From Psilocybe cubensis (lineage: Eukaryota), in the NCBI GenBank assembly GCA_017499595.2, contig CM039003.1:3038001-3102000 (forward strand): DNA of 64,000 nucleotides, in the 5' to 3' direction. Position 1 is the stretch's first letter; each line of letters starts with the position of its first letter. Under the pieces are notes generated by a model. It did no database searches and was not told the origin of the DNA. It saw nothing but the letters and a program-made list of their open reading frames with translations. This document shows positions 40,095 to 58,740 of this stretch, piece by piece. The position numbers and the translations under genes were made by a program.

Positions 40095-40702
40095 AAAATG
40101 AATTCTGCTCAAATAGCTTTTCGTGGTTTCGAATCTCTTCGTTGTTGTTTTTCAAATTTTCGAGTTTTGCTTGGTTCGTCTATCCAACCCTTTTTCATTG
40201 AATTTGACTGTGGATACCCTTCGCGCACTTTTTTCGCTTTCTTTTGCAACCTTGGACCCTTCAACACCCGTGATTGCAACATCAGTCAGACCAATTGTAA
40301 TGTTACACCTCCCGCCTCCTCGTTCGATATCTAGCACACACCACTATTCCTGGATCCACCTAACTACCATATATCCGTCAAGCACTCGCAGCATCCCATA
40401 CCAATTCTTTCTAACTATTGAACATCTTCAATTTCAATCCACCACATACTCATTCACATGGAACTTGCGGAACATCGTTTTTCTTCATTGTTTTTGCACA
40501 ATTCGTTTCTTACAATACCTGTCTCACTAGTTTTCATTGTTGATCCTTTTTTCAGTTCTCAGGTAGTTCGCTTAGGTAGTCAGTAGCAGTATGGGCGTTC
40601 AAAAATGCATTCATCTTATAATGTTGATAATTAATAAAAGAAGAGAAGCTTAATTAAATAAAAAGTAACCGAATCGCTGTTCAATCTATTTTACTGTGTT
40701 CT

Positions 40703-47339
<6,637 letters not shown>

Positions 47340-47994
47340 GGCGTCAGACTCGGACTGCCACAAGAAATGCTGGACAGATGGTGGTTCAAGTTCAACGGAT
47401 CCTTGTAAAATGGCCCGTACCATCTGGGCACGTCTAAAGATAGACCCTTGTCAATCAACGAGAAACGCGAGCAACCGTTTCTCCATGTGCACTGCTGATG
47501 TGATGGGAAGACTTCATTGGCTAGAAAGATAACTTGCCGCATGCTATGTTATGGAGCGGTTCCGGTGTTCAATTGATATTCAACTGCGAGTCATTTTTGA
47601 CAGTGAACTCAAAAGCAAAGTTAAAATGAGGTTTGCTTCTAGTTTGATTAATACACTCACAGGGAGAAAGTCTGGGTGTTGCGCCATGACCCAAATTCCA
47701 AGTGAATTTCAAATCGGACTCTCTCAACGCTGTGTAATAGGCTGTACTAGGATTTGCCTCAGTATCATATCTACTTTGCACTATATTCTGTATACGTACC
47801 TCTTATCTACGCCATCCAGCAGCTCATAGCAGTAAAGGGTGTCCCGATGGAGTTGAAAGATGATATTGATGAGCAAAAGCGCGGAATAATCATCAAACAC
47901 GGTAAATATTCCCACAACTTGAAGTAGAAAGTGGATTTTCCAAGGGTTTTCTATATTCGACGAAATAAAATTGGACATTCACCCGTTTACTTCA

Positions 47995-48524
47995 TTTTAA
48001 AACATAATTGAAATAGGACCCGGTTTTCGCGGATTTGAGGCCAAAAAATGGCAATTTCTTTGTCCAGTTCTCGCGGATTTGAGGGCGCCGCAGCCAAAAT
48101 TTTGGCCAAACAAAGTCCGGTTTGGCGGATTTGAGGCCCATATTTTTAAAAAACTTCTGTAGTAATTGTTGAAAGGCGGCATGCCGCAACCATTTTTTCT
48201 AAGATGCAGCTAATTGTTGGCCAAATTTGGGGCCGGGATCCCGCTTAGATTGCAATGATTGGCCAGCGTCTATTATCTAAGAGCGGTAGACGATGGAAAT
48301 CAACGGAAACGCACAGTAGTAAATCGAAGCAAGGTTACATTTCCTATATACAGCATAGTGGTGAAACTTGAAGACGTCATTTCTCTGCTACCCCCTAATC
48401 GGGAAAGCCCCTATCGGGCATTGTCCAGTTTTGCGGATTTGAGCCCCAAAATCTCGCAGATTTGAGGGCAAAAATTGGGATCCCAGGCGGACATGCTTAT
48501 AGGGGAGCTTCCCGGGTCCTAGTG
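47995..48524. mobile_element. Probable one-ended CACTA transposon remnant
   Basis: Five copies of GC(G/A)GATTTGAG near 48029, 48075, 48125, 48433 and 48456. The segment ends in ...CCTAGTG at 48524, which reads CACTAGG on the minus strand. No partner end or TSD was seen. Confidence 0.45.
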
Positions 48525-49054
48525 AAATTCAAGAGAATTTAAGCAGTGTACTCGACAGAAAATTGTGAGAAATTGGAGGTGAAAGATCGAGACGCCCCGG
48601 GAAGCACACCCTAATACCATGTCCGGGATAAACTCAATTTCTGGCTGGGCCTCTCTTAAGTTCAAAGTTGTCCACGGCATAGAGCAAGGCTAGTAGGTGA
48701 GTTAGACTTAGACGCCGATGGAAGCACCTAAACATCTGTGAGAAAGATTGATTCTCTCAATGTAAATGTATGACTCACCCTGGAATCGCTGCGCCGCAGC
48801 CTTCCCCCTTCTTGAACAGGTAATCTGACTCGGGATCCATTTTTCTTTAGCACTGGAACCTCGTCGTGGACAGGTCATGCGTCGGACCGATTATTCTGAC
48901 TGTAATCTATGCATCATTTGGCTATACATAGCACGTCAAAAAAGTGATCTGTAATCCGCCAGGTATTATAAAACGCATCATAGAAAAGATGGCATTAAAC
49001 ATAAAGCTGCATTGAAACCATCTATACGCTCTTTTTTTTGGTCACAACATTGAC

Positions 49055-49853
49055 ATGGCTATTGTTCTCTATGATCTTGCATCGACTTCTCCTGGTTACT
49101 CCATGTCCACCAATACATGGAAAATCAGGTGAGCTGAATGAATTTGATTCCATAATAATGTTTGACGAACAAGATGTGCTTTTCAGATATTGTTTGAACT
49201 ACAAAGGGATTCCCTTCTCCACAGAATGGGTTGAATTCCCTGATATTTCAGGTCTATATGAGAGACTTGGAGTAACCCCTACATTGAAACGATCAGATGG
49301 CACACCACTTTGCACAGTGCCTATGATTTACGACTCCACAACAAAGAAATACGTATCTGACTCGATCCGAATCGCGGAATATCTGGAGTCGCAATACCCT
49401 CAAACGCCATCTGTATTCCCAAGCAATACAGGCGGTCTCATCCAAGCATTTGCGGAGGCTACAAGATCGTACCTGACACTACCAGCCAGAGAACTTTTGA
49501 TTTGGACTATCTTTGTCAAATTGAATCCTCCCAGTGCGGCATACTTTCGCAACCAAACTGAAGTCGCTATTGGAAAGACGATGGAAGAGTTGGTCCCTGC
49601 AGCTGATATGAAAGACAAGATGAAATCGTTGGAGGAGGTTCTTGCAAAAATTGATGGGCTATACTCAAAAAATGGAGGGAAAGGCCCGTACATCATGGGG
49701 GAGGTATTATCATGGGCTGATATCATAATTGCCAGTTTTTTGATGTGCTTCAGAGTGTCTGGTGGAGTGGAAAGTGTGAGATGGATGGAGATAATGTCCT
49801 GGCATAACGGAAGATGGCACCTTCTGATGAACTGCATGAAGAATTATGAATAG
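49055..49853 (+). CDS. Glutathione S-transferase, fungal GSTFuA / etherase-like class, copy 1
   Basis: MAIVLYDLAS...STNTWKIR, intron at about 49129-49186, then YCLNYKGIPFSTEWVEFPDI, TVPMIYD, DSIRIAEYL, SWADII and WHNGRW. Confidence 0.88.
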
Positions 49854-50426
49854 TAGAAATTGAAGGTACCCTCAGGGACGGATCATGGACAGAATTTGAA
49901 TACCAACGATTTGAGTAGACACCGAGAGTGATGGCTCAGTATGATCTGGACGGACCAAATGTACTCCAGTATTAATCTTACGTATCTTACCTTACCCATG
50001 TTAACCTTGACGTAGTTCAGATCCAATGATCATTGGTAACTACTTACTCAATCGGTATTGGCGGACTATCAAACATTCTATTAGATAGACTGGTATGAGC
50101 AGTGAATGCTCCAGAGCAATTTCATGTAGCTGTCTGGCATTCGTCAGTATCCAGTTTTGCTAGTGGATTCATGGTACAACAATAACTGAGCGCTCTTCTC
50201 ACACAGGCACTGAATATGAACTTGAACATGAACATGAACAGATATTACGAAGCAGCACGGCCGGCCGCGACCGACTTCCACTATATAGTCACACCGATAT
50301 ATTCTGCATTTATCGATTATCCCTTATGGGGTTTCTTTTTAATTTCAATGATCAACCCTGGGGCCTGATTTGCGACTGAAAGTCTGTAACGAATCCTATT
50401 CCCCTGGATGGATATCTCGGATCACG

Positions 50427-51024
50427 CTAAGATTGGGCTCATCAGAAACCAGCACCCTTACGTAATCAATGGGCTTGGCGCCAAGAGCGGCCAAAATCCA
50501 GCTCGAAAAAAAAATCAAAAGTTATGTTGACGGAAAATGGTTTCAGACAAAAAGTTTAAAAAAAAAAAATTCATAAATGTGCATATACAATCCTTACTAC
50601 TAGCCTTTATGCCCACAATAATAGAATTACACCTCAGAGGTCAAATTGTAGTCTCTGGAAGTCCATAATGAGTCTGAGAGGTATTACTTAGGCGTGACTT
50701 ATTGTCACGTGTGGTCACGTGTACCATTATATAAGCGGCCAAAAGAACATTGTCAAATTTTCGAAAATCTCCCAAACTCGAGAAAACACCATTTCTGACG
50801 TGTTAGACTAAAAAAAAAGGAAAAAAATTAAAATCTTTATAACTTCTTGAGATCAAAATTTTTTTGAAAAAAAAAACCACAGATGTGTTCAAAGAAGCAT
50901 AACCTACATATCTGTGGTTCAAAAATGTAGAATAGTGTGAGTGCAGAAGGGTTGAAAAGGTTCGGAGGTAAGCCAACTTTTGCTTACCTAAGGGGGTGCT
51001 GGTTCCTGATGAGCCCAATCTTAG
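50427..51024. mobile_element. MITE-like non-autonomous TIR element (598 bp), superfamily unclear
   Basis: TIR of about 30-50 bp, CTAAGATTGGGCTCATCAG(A/G)AACCAGCACCC, at both ends. AT-rich, poly-A-rich non-coding interior. TA on the right flank but CG on the left, so no clean TSD. Confidence 0.75.
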
Positions 51025-51142
51025 TACAATGAATTTTTGTCAGAGCGCTTGTTATACGTAACTTTGTACCAATCAAAGCCGTAGCAACTCACGCCGCCCG
51101 GTGGGGCCCTGTTGACGGCAAAGATGTACATTTTAGGTGATA

Positions 51143-51245
51143 TCGTGAGTTAGTAACTCACGGCGTGAGCCTGTTAGGCCCTGCTCCTTTACGGAAGTCG
51201 TGAGTTATCAACTCACGACCGTGAGTTACTACCGAACAGGGCCTA
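51143..51245. repeat. Cluster of CGTGAGTT-N3-AACTCACG palindromes including a 67-bp mini element TA|GGCCCTG...CAGGGCC|TA
   Basis: Palindromes at about 51144-51162 and 51198-51220, half-sites near 51086 and 51220, and inverted ends at 51177 and 51243. Confidence 0.6.
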
Positions 51246-51314
51246 GTAAAGATTCAATTAGACTCTTATGCCCGACCACTTTCTCCTTTACTCCCAACTT
51301 GGTTGACGCGAAAG

Positions 51315-53094
51315 ATGCCCACTGGACTGCTCAATGTTACCATAGCCAGCGATTCTCCTACTGTCAAGTACTTACCGTTCAGCGATGGGGATCTTAACGG
51401 TGGATGGAATATGACATGCTCGAATTCGAATGACAAAACATACATCCCACAGTCGTTTTGCAACGGACAGGCTCAAAGACGAACTTCTTTTCCAGAAGCA
51501 AGTCTGTCCATTGATTTTTATGGGACTGCTGCGTGAGCTTTCCCGACTATTACCGTTTATTTTGTCTTATTGACATTTGTATTTTGAAGCTATATCTTTG
51601 GGAGCGCTGCGTCACCATCGTATCTTGTTCAAGTCGATGGTCAGACGCTCAGCGAAACCCTGAGTAGTTCATCGTCAGGATTGTTGGCCAAAATCGAAAA
51701 TCTGGACTACGGAAAGCACACAATAGCTCTAAATCTCACTGGCGCCTCCCTAGTGACGTTCACCCAGGCCATCTTTACAACCATTATCGGTGATGAAAAC
51801 AGGTGATGCAACAACCTATTAATTATTATTCGACACCTTACTCATTCCCTCTACTTTACAGTACCATTCAAAACCAGACAATGAGACCTTTTACCCAAAA
51901 TAGTGACGGCTCTCTTGCCGTACTCAACAACACATTCACGTACACTGGTCAATGGATAGCTGGGGCTCCAGGAAGCATAGGGGCAGCGGGGAACGCGGTG
52001 TATGCTAGAGAGAGTACGAGTCAGCTTGGGGCGTTTGTCACGTTTAATGTCGAAAGGGCATCCGCTTTCTTTATATACGGCATTGTCAACACCGATCTCA
52101 GCACATATAAAATCGACTTGACCAACTCGGGCGGTAACACTGTGTCGAATATTTATAATGCCTCTGGACGTTGGATTGACCTAGACGTTGTGATGTATTG
52201 GGCCGCAGGTTTGGATAGGAACGACACGTACTCGGTGAAAATGACAAATTTAGGTGGTGGGGACGCACCTTGGTGTGTTTTCTCCCGTGTTGATCTCCTT
52301 GACGGAACTCCAGTCTTGTTGAGTATCCTTGAATGTGACACTCTCGTCGAGTCTTCTCTAACCGGATATCGTTTTGTGCAGGTCCAGCAATAATACCGCA
52401 TCCTCTTCACCTACTGCTAGTCCCCACACGCACAATAAACCAATCGGTCCCATTGTGGGAGGAGTGGTGCGTTTTGCAAAACGTGAGATAGGGCGCTAAT
52501 CCAAACTCAATTAAATAGGTTGGCGGATTAGCGATCATCCTTTTAGGCACGCTCGCATGGCTATTACTTAGGCGAAGGTTAGTGAGCTCGCAAAAAAAAA
52601 CGTCATACCTCGGATCACTAACGAGCGCCTACACGAAAAGATCCCGACGCTTGGGCGAGTCCTCTTTGAATACAAGGCCTACTATTTTCGACACAAGCAG
52701 GCAGCCGAGTACCGTTCACGAGTCGGGATTACACTCTGAGATACATATGAGCGGAAACGGCCTCAATAGCATGTCGGCTGGGGCATCAGGTAACCAAAAT
52801 CCATGACATTGATATGATAACTGAGCACTTAACTCTGTATTCACAGTTGTAGCAAATCGATCATATTCTAATATACCGAACCCAAGTTCGAAGGCAGTCA
52901 TAATGGCTCCTCCCAGTACAACAGCTTCAAGCATGATCTTAGAATCAGGTTCACCATCTGTTGTTTTGTCTCCCGAGGGTAGGAATGCCTTATTCTACCA
53001 AGAAGAAGATGCTGGTTCTGTATCTGAGCGTATAGATTCGACAATTGTGAGGCTTCCTCCGGGTTATAAGGACACATGGGCATCATCGTCGTAG
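51315..53094 (+). CDS. Single-pass membrane protein with beta-rich (jelly-roll-like) N-terminal domains and a C-terminal PPxY motif
   Basis: NVTIASDSPTVKY...W, SIDFYGTA, VQVDG, GKHTI, TM IGPIVGGVVGGLAIILLGTLAWLLLRRR, tail EEDAG...LPPGY. Confidence 0.75.
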
Positions 53095-53631
53095 TTTAAG
53101 TACACTATTATGTCTTTAAATCGTAATGCAATCGCCCCGGCTAGCACTGCAGTTCCTCCGAAGAAAGATCACAAATCTAATTCCTGCAAAAACATTGGAT
53201 CTTATTTTGAGTCGCCATTTATCCGAAATGAACCTTCAATATTATAAAAACAGAAAAAGAAATGCAGCTACAAATACATTGTGGTGGTAAAAGAAAGCGT
53301 CATAGTAGAGATAGTATATGTGTATGTGACATGTAGCGAAAGCGAGCACTCGGAGTTGAGGGTATTGAGAAACCACGAGCGGAAGGTACGTGGATGGTGA
53401 TCGGCGAAAAAAGGATAAATGGGTACTCTGGGTAGGTGAGAGAGGAACCAGGGGATTAGCACGGGCACACGCGATCCGCACTCTTCGTGAGGAAGGGAGT
53501 GCCATTGCGATCGCGCACCAGCAACATGGTGCCGTTGACGCAGCCGAATTGCACTCCAACAGCAACGGCATCTAGAAAACTGCTATGCCGTAACAAGGGG
53601 AGTCGCGCCCTCTCCACAAAGTCATATAGAC

Positions 53632-55114
53632 TCATGACAGAAGTTTGTAGAGGAACATGAGGAACGTGACGGTGCTCATGAGCCGGCCCATGGCTCCCCA
53701 TGACGAAGCATATGGGGTCGTGCTGGCTGCGGCCAGGGTTTCGAGTTTGCCGTTGGAAGGGGAAGATGTTTTACGTTTCTCGACGGCGGTGCGTTCCTGG
53801 ACTTTGGTCGAGGGCACGCCCTTGTATTCGCGTGCAGGCAGCACTGGAGAGGGTAGACACGTGCACCCTGCATCCCCACCGCAAGGCTGTCGTTTTCCAT
53901 CTGCTTTCAAAGCGTCGTTGGGATTGATGTTGAGGTAAGAAAGGAGAGATGAGGAATAATAGCATAGCGGAATGGCATTACTCTGCTGCTTGCCTTTGGG
54001 AAGAGACGTTATGGATGTTTGTTTGGATCGTGAAATGGAAGATGGGATGAGGGTAGGTGTGGCGAGAGACAGGGTACCGCCCTCTAGCGAACAAGCGTTC
54101 TCGCAATTCGGACACCGACCCTCCGCATTGGGTCCATGCAACCACTGTAGTGGAAAACAAATCAGTATTTGTTAAAAACTAGGCATGCCATCGTTGAACC
54201 ATCAATACGCTTCCTGTGTGATTTCAGGTTTCCTAGGGCAGTCAAAGAAAATGGTTCGGATTGCTATAGCCGCGAAAGCAGCAAAACAGCAGCTTGGATA
54301 GCAAGTCAATCGTTCGGACGAACGAGGGACGCAGCAAATCAGAAGTTTGAACAGCAAATCAATCGTTCGGACGAACGAGCGACTATTAAACTATTAAGTA
54401 GCTGCGCAGCAAATTAATCGACAAGCTGCAAATGCAAAGAGCAATGCAAATGAAAAGCAGCAGTGCAAATGAAAAGCAGAAATACAAATGCAAAGCAGCA
54501 ATGCATAGTTTTCGAACCATATTTCTGTGAACGAGCCAAACTAGTAGGCGCAAAATGATACAAGAAGCATGCGTGGATTTCGATCGCGGAACTGACATGC
54601 CAATTGGGTGCAGCAGATAGAACTTACGTCTTCGAGATGCTCCTTGCAGAATATCTTTCCACAGCAAAACGTTCTCAACGGCTCGACCGCGTATTCGAAG
54701 CTAAACGAATATTAATTAAGCTAACCAACAACGTCACAAAATAAGCGCGACGTACCATATGCCACAATCACGATCAACCTCGTCTCTGAGGATCTTGGAC
54801 CTCTGGTGATCCCTGCTTCCAGCGGGATTTGCAGTGCGATACGACGGTTTCCGGACAAGCTTCGGAACCGCGATGCCAGCAGCTGCCCACCGTTCCACGA
54901 ACTCCGTGGTTTCAAACAGATTTGGTGGGGTGCTACAGGGCGTCTCCGCCCCAAGATTGACGTAGTATTCGGACGCTCCTGAAACACTATCCTCATCTAT
55001 ACTCTCTAGGAGGGTCAAAGGTGGTGGTTTGTGCCGTTTGCGAGATGATGTGTAAATCCGCGTGCGCGTCAAGTTGTCAGTCCGTCGGGAAGATATAGGT
55101 AAGGAAGAATTCAT
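53632..55114 (-). CDS. Atypical RING-finger protein with a C-terminal hydrophobic tail anchor (putative E3 ligase)
   Basis: Splicing two introns (about 54701-54755 and 54145-54627) gives CGIC-FEYAVEPLRTF-CCGKIFCKEH-LEDWLHGPNAEGR-CPNC. C-terminus LMSTVTFLMFLYKLLS. The RING is not visible in the ORF track. Confidence 0.75.
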
Positions 55115-55797
55115 GTTTAAGTCGTTTGGAAGATGGTACAAAGAAAAACAGATCCTGTGAGCAAGCTGAAGAAATAAAGGTCAAAATTAAGACTCACCGG
55201 AGGTCGATGAGGTCCCATCCCACCAGATTTCCTCCGGTTGTTCCACTTTGGGCACTTGAACGCGCAAGTTCGATTGGATTCTTGTCTTGGTGGCCATTGC
55301 ACAGTATTGGAAGACAATAACCCTGAGGCGCTGTATATAAACCAGAACAAAAAAAAACAGGAGCGTTTTGTGTTTCCCTTTTGGTCGAGACATGGGGGTA
55401 ATCTCACGTGACGACCCAGACCAGAGCCTACTTTGCTGACTAAGCTAGCACCCGGAGCACCAACTTCCACTAACTTCGAAAATTGTGCAGAGCGCCGAAC
55501 GATCCGTTTCTTTAGCGAAACCCTCCTCCCGGCCAGCCTCCGGGCATACTCACCACAATCACCCAGGTCCTTGAATAGTAACTACAGAAGTTGCTCTTAT
55601 CTCGAGCACTCTCCAGTCAAAATTGATCAGTCTTACCCGGGAACCGGTAGCATAATGGAATTGAATGAACGTGTAGCCAATGAGCAACTGGAATCCTGTG
55701 ATCATTTATTCGACGCAGCTCTGTACATCTGGGGGCACAGAACAGTTTACATATACTGATTGGCTGGTCATGCTCCGCCAAACTTCAAATCCCTTCA

Positions 55798-56811
55798 TTA
55801 TACAACGAACCCCTGAACAAGGACTGTCGTTAGTGCAGATCTTCTTGACAGCCTTCGACAGATACATACCCCGTTAACTCTGATGTTCTGTCCGTTTACC
55901 CACTGGGCGGCTTGGCTAGCTAGAAATCCTACGATCGGCGCAATATCATCAGGCTCTCCTAACCTGCGTAATGGATTTTGTTTCGCGATGGAGTCCAGTA
56001 CGCTTTGGGGTTTACCCTCTCGAAACATAGGTGTATCTACAGGCCCGGGAGAGACAGTATTTACCGTGATACCACGACTTCCAAGGTCTTTGGCCAACAC
56101 ACGAGATATTTGCTCAATTGCTCCTTTTGAAGCTAGATAGCACAGTGCGTTTGGAGTGACCGCTGCGCCAATGATGTCATATCTAGTATTAAACTCTTTC
56201 TGATGTGGGTTTTAACAAAGCTTACTGGATGCTGCAGTCAAACTAGAGGAGAAAAATATGATGCGCCCACCCGCTGGTATGATCATAACTCTACATATTA
56301 AAACTGGAGCTAGGAACCAGAAAATATAAAAAACTTACGCGTGGGAAGTATTGAAGCAGCTGCCTTGGCCATGAAGAGGGGGGCCTTGACATTAATATCA
56401 AAGTGTGAGTCAAAAAACGCCTCATCGATCTCCGACAGAGTTTTGCTGCCCATGACGCCTGCGTTGAGCACCAAAATGTCGACTTTTCCGAACGTCTTCA
56501 CCGCCTCGTCAAGCAGGAATTGCCCCCCTTCCAAGGTCGATGTGTCTGCCTTGACAGCGATGGCACCGCCCTTACCCTGTGAGCGGATGGCTTGTACGAC
56601 TTCGTCGGCCGCTGCTGCATCCTTGACATAGTTGACGACGACATTGGCTCCGTGGTCGCCTAAGCATTTCGCAATTGAGGCGCCTATCGATCGTGATGAC
56701 CCCGTTACAACAGCAACTTTGCCTGATCATCATTTTGACGGTTTAGTCTCTGCTCTATCGGTAGAAGATATACATTGTCATACCGTGGAGAGACGTTGTT
56801 GCAAGGAACAT
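55798..56811 (-). CDS. Classical short-chain dehydrogenase/reductase, THN-reductase-like subgroup
   Basis: GKVAVVTGSSRSIG, NVVVNY, DILVLNAG, GGRIIFFSSS, catalytic YLASK, GITVNTVSPGPVDT, WVNGQNIRVNGG. Confidence 0.88.
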
Positions 56812-57709
56812 TGAAGAGGAGGAGAATTGCTTGTTCATTTTCGATGGAACACCGAGGCGATTGTTGCTCGAATTTGGCCGTACTGCATTGAAGAAATTTG
56901 CGACAGTTCCGGGCATTGTTAGTTTTCTTGAAGGTCCCATTCTGCAATCGACTGAGGGTACACCTTTAAGTATCCGTTGAAAGGTGAAGCAACTGAGTCC
57001 GATCGAGGTGGTTATGAGGCTCGCAACTATGCAGGACCGCAAAGGTGCGACATGCGTATGTTTTACTTGCTTAATCCTCGTTTTACCAAGCCTTTGACTT
57101 TAGCAATAGCGTACTCATTGTAAACGCGAGTGCATGGGCTGGATTAACATTAACACTGGCCTGCATGTCCATCATTCTATTTTTAGAACAGTCTGTTTGA
57201 GACTTTTGAGTGGGGATTAGGACCATTGGATTTGCGAAAAACAGTGAAAAAATTTAATCATAGAAGTGCTCCAAGATTAAAAGAATCTTTCAATGTTATG
57301 ATGTAATAAAGGGATTGCTAGTTCATTATTAAGCGCCCGTTGTGCTTTAGCAAACTTTTATTACTTGATGCCGTGGATCCTCCCGAGGAGTCAGAGTGCG
57401 TCCTGGAACGTAAAATGGGGGGGGGTTAGCGGAAATAAGTCACTCAGATTGTTTAGAGAGACTAAAATCTTAGAATTCAAAGGAATAATTGAACTCGGTA
57501 AGCGAGTGATAACCATCAGTGAGCAAGTGTGGGGTAGCATGCTCACCTGGAGCCGGGACCACCATAGGAGTTGCATGTTATTGTAAACATGTATGTAAAA
57601 ACAGACCGAGACGACCGACTTGTTGCAGTAAATGAATCCTAGAATCTTTAAAATGCCGAGGTATTGGGTCATTTACATCAGTATATAGAACGACAGTGTA
57701 GTTTAACTG

Positions 57710-58740
57710 CTACGATGTAGTCCATGCTTCCTTATAGTCCGGTAGAAGCCTCAGAACCCTTGAAATGGCACGTTCTGATACAGCACCAGCATCTTCTTCC
57801 TGATAAAAGTGAGGGTTCATGACTACAGGAGAGAAAGCAACAGATGGTGGGATCGCATTCACTGGGTCTAGCGCGAAATCTGAAGCTGGGACGTTTGGAG
57901 GGACTGTTACGGTTGCTTTTAAACGTTCCTCTGCTGGTTTAAAATTTAGTGGATTCGGTATTTGGGTGTAGAAATCCGGCCTTTCAAGATTTTGGGAGTA
58001 GCTGAGGACAACTTTCAGTACAATGTTAAGCGATCAGTTATGAACACTGATAGCGTAAAATATGGTTACCTGACGCCCGAGGCATTATTGGATTCAACCC
58101 ACTATCTATCATAGGTAACTGAGAAGGACTGGTTTGAAAGCCCGAGTCGGAAGCAAAATTTGGAAGCATTGTTTCGTCGAATATAGCTGGCGTCGTGTCA
58201 AAAGAGGACTTGTCCAACCGACGGGATCTTTTTGTGTAACCCCGCATTAGCGATTCAGGTGCCAATCATTTAGGTTAGCGAGCTCACTAACCTTCGCCTA
58301 AGTAATATCGACATCAGTCTGCCAAAAATAATGATTGCTAATCCTCCAATCTATTTCATCGAGTTATGATTAATCCTGTTGATAGCTCTCTTAAAGTCTC
58401 GCTTACGGTTTGGCCATCGAGTTGAATGAGATACGAAGAGGGTGTAGCGCTACCAAAAACATAACTTTATAATCCAGATATCAACATAGACTATATCGAT
58501 AACAGTAACAAAAACTCCTCAGGCAGAAATTCCATGAAAATCAATGGACAGACTTGCTCCAGCAAAGGAAGTTCGCCTTTGTGCCTATCCGTTGCAAAAC
58601 GACTGTGGGGTGTATGTTCTATCATTCGAATTTGAACAGGTCATATTCCATCCACCGCCAAGAGCCCCATCGCTGAATGATAAGTAGCTGACAGTAGGAG
58701 AATCGCTGGCTATAGTAATATTGAGCAGCCCGGTGGCCAT
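57710..58740 (-). pseudogene. Inverted, internally deleted pseudogene copy of the 51315-53094 membrane protein
   Basis: Near-identical first exon (MATGLLNITIASDSPTV...PQSFCNG) with a premature TAG at 58585-58587 where the paralog has CAG. Middle exons are missing. The second half of the TM exon and the EEDAG tail are retained. Confidence 0.85.

Noticed and set aside
39108-40155. Multiple overlapping antisense ORFs over the Pro-rich gene, and likewise over GDA1
   Set aside because: These are expected shadows of GC-rich, codon-biased coding sequence.
47800-47950. Coding-looking stretch YAIQQLIAVKGVPMELKDDIDEQKRG
   Set aside because: Short, closed by a stop codon, and no identifiable family.
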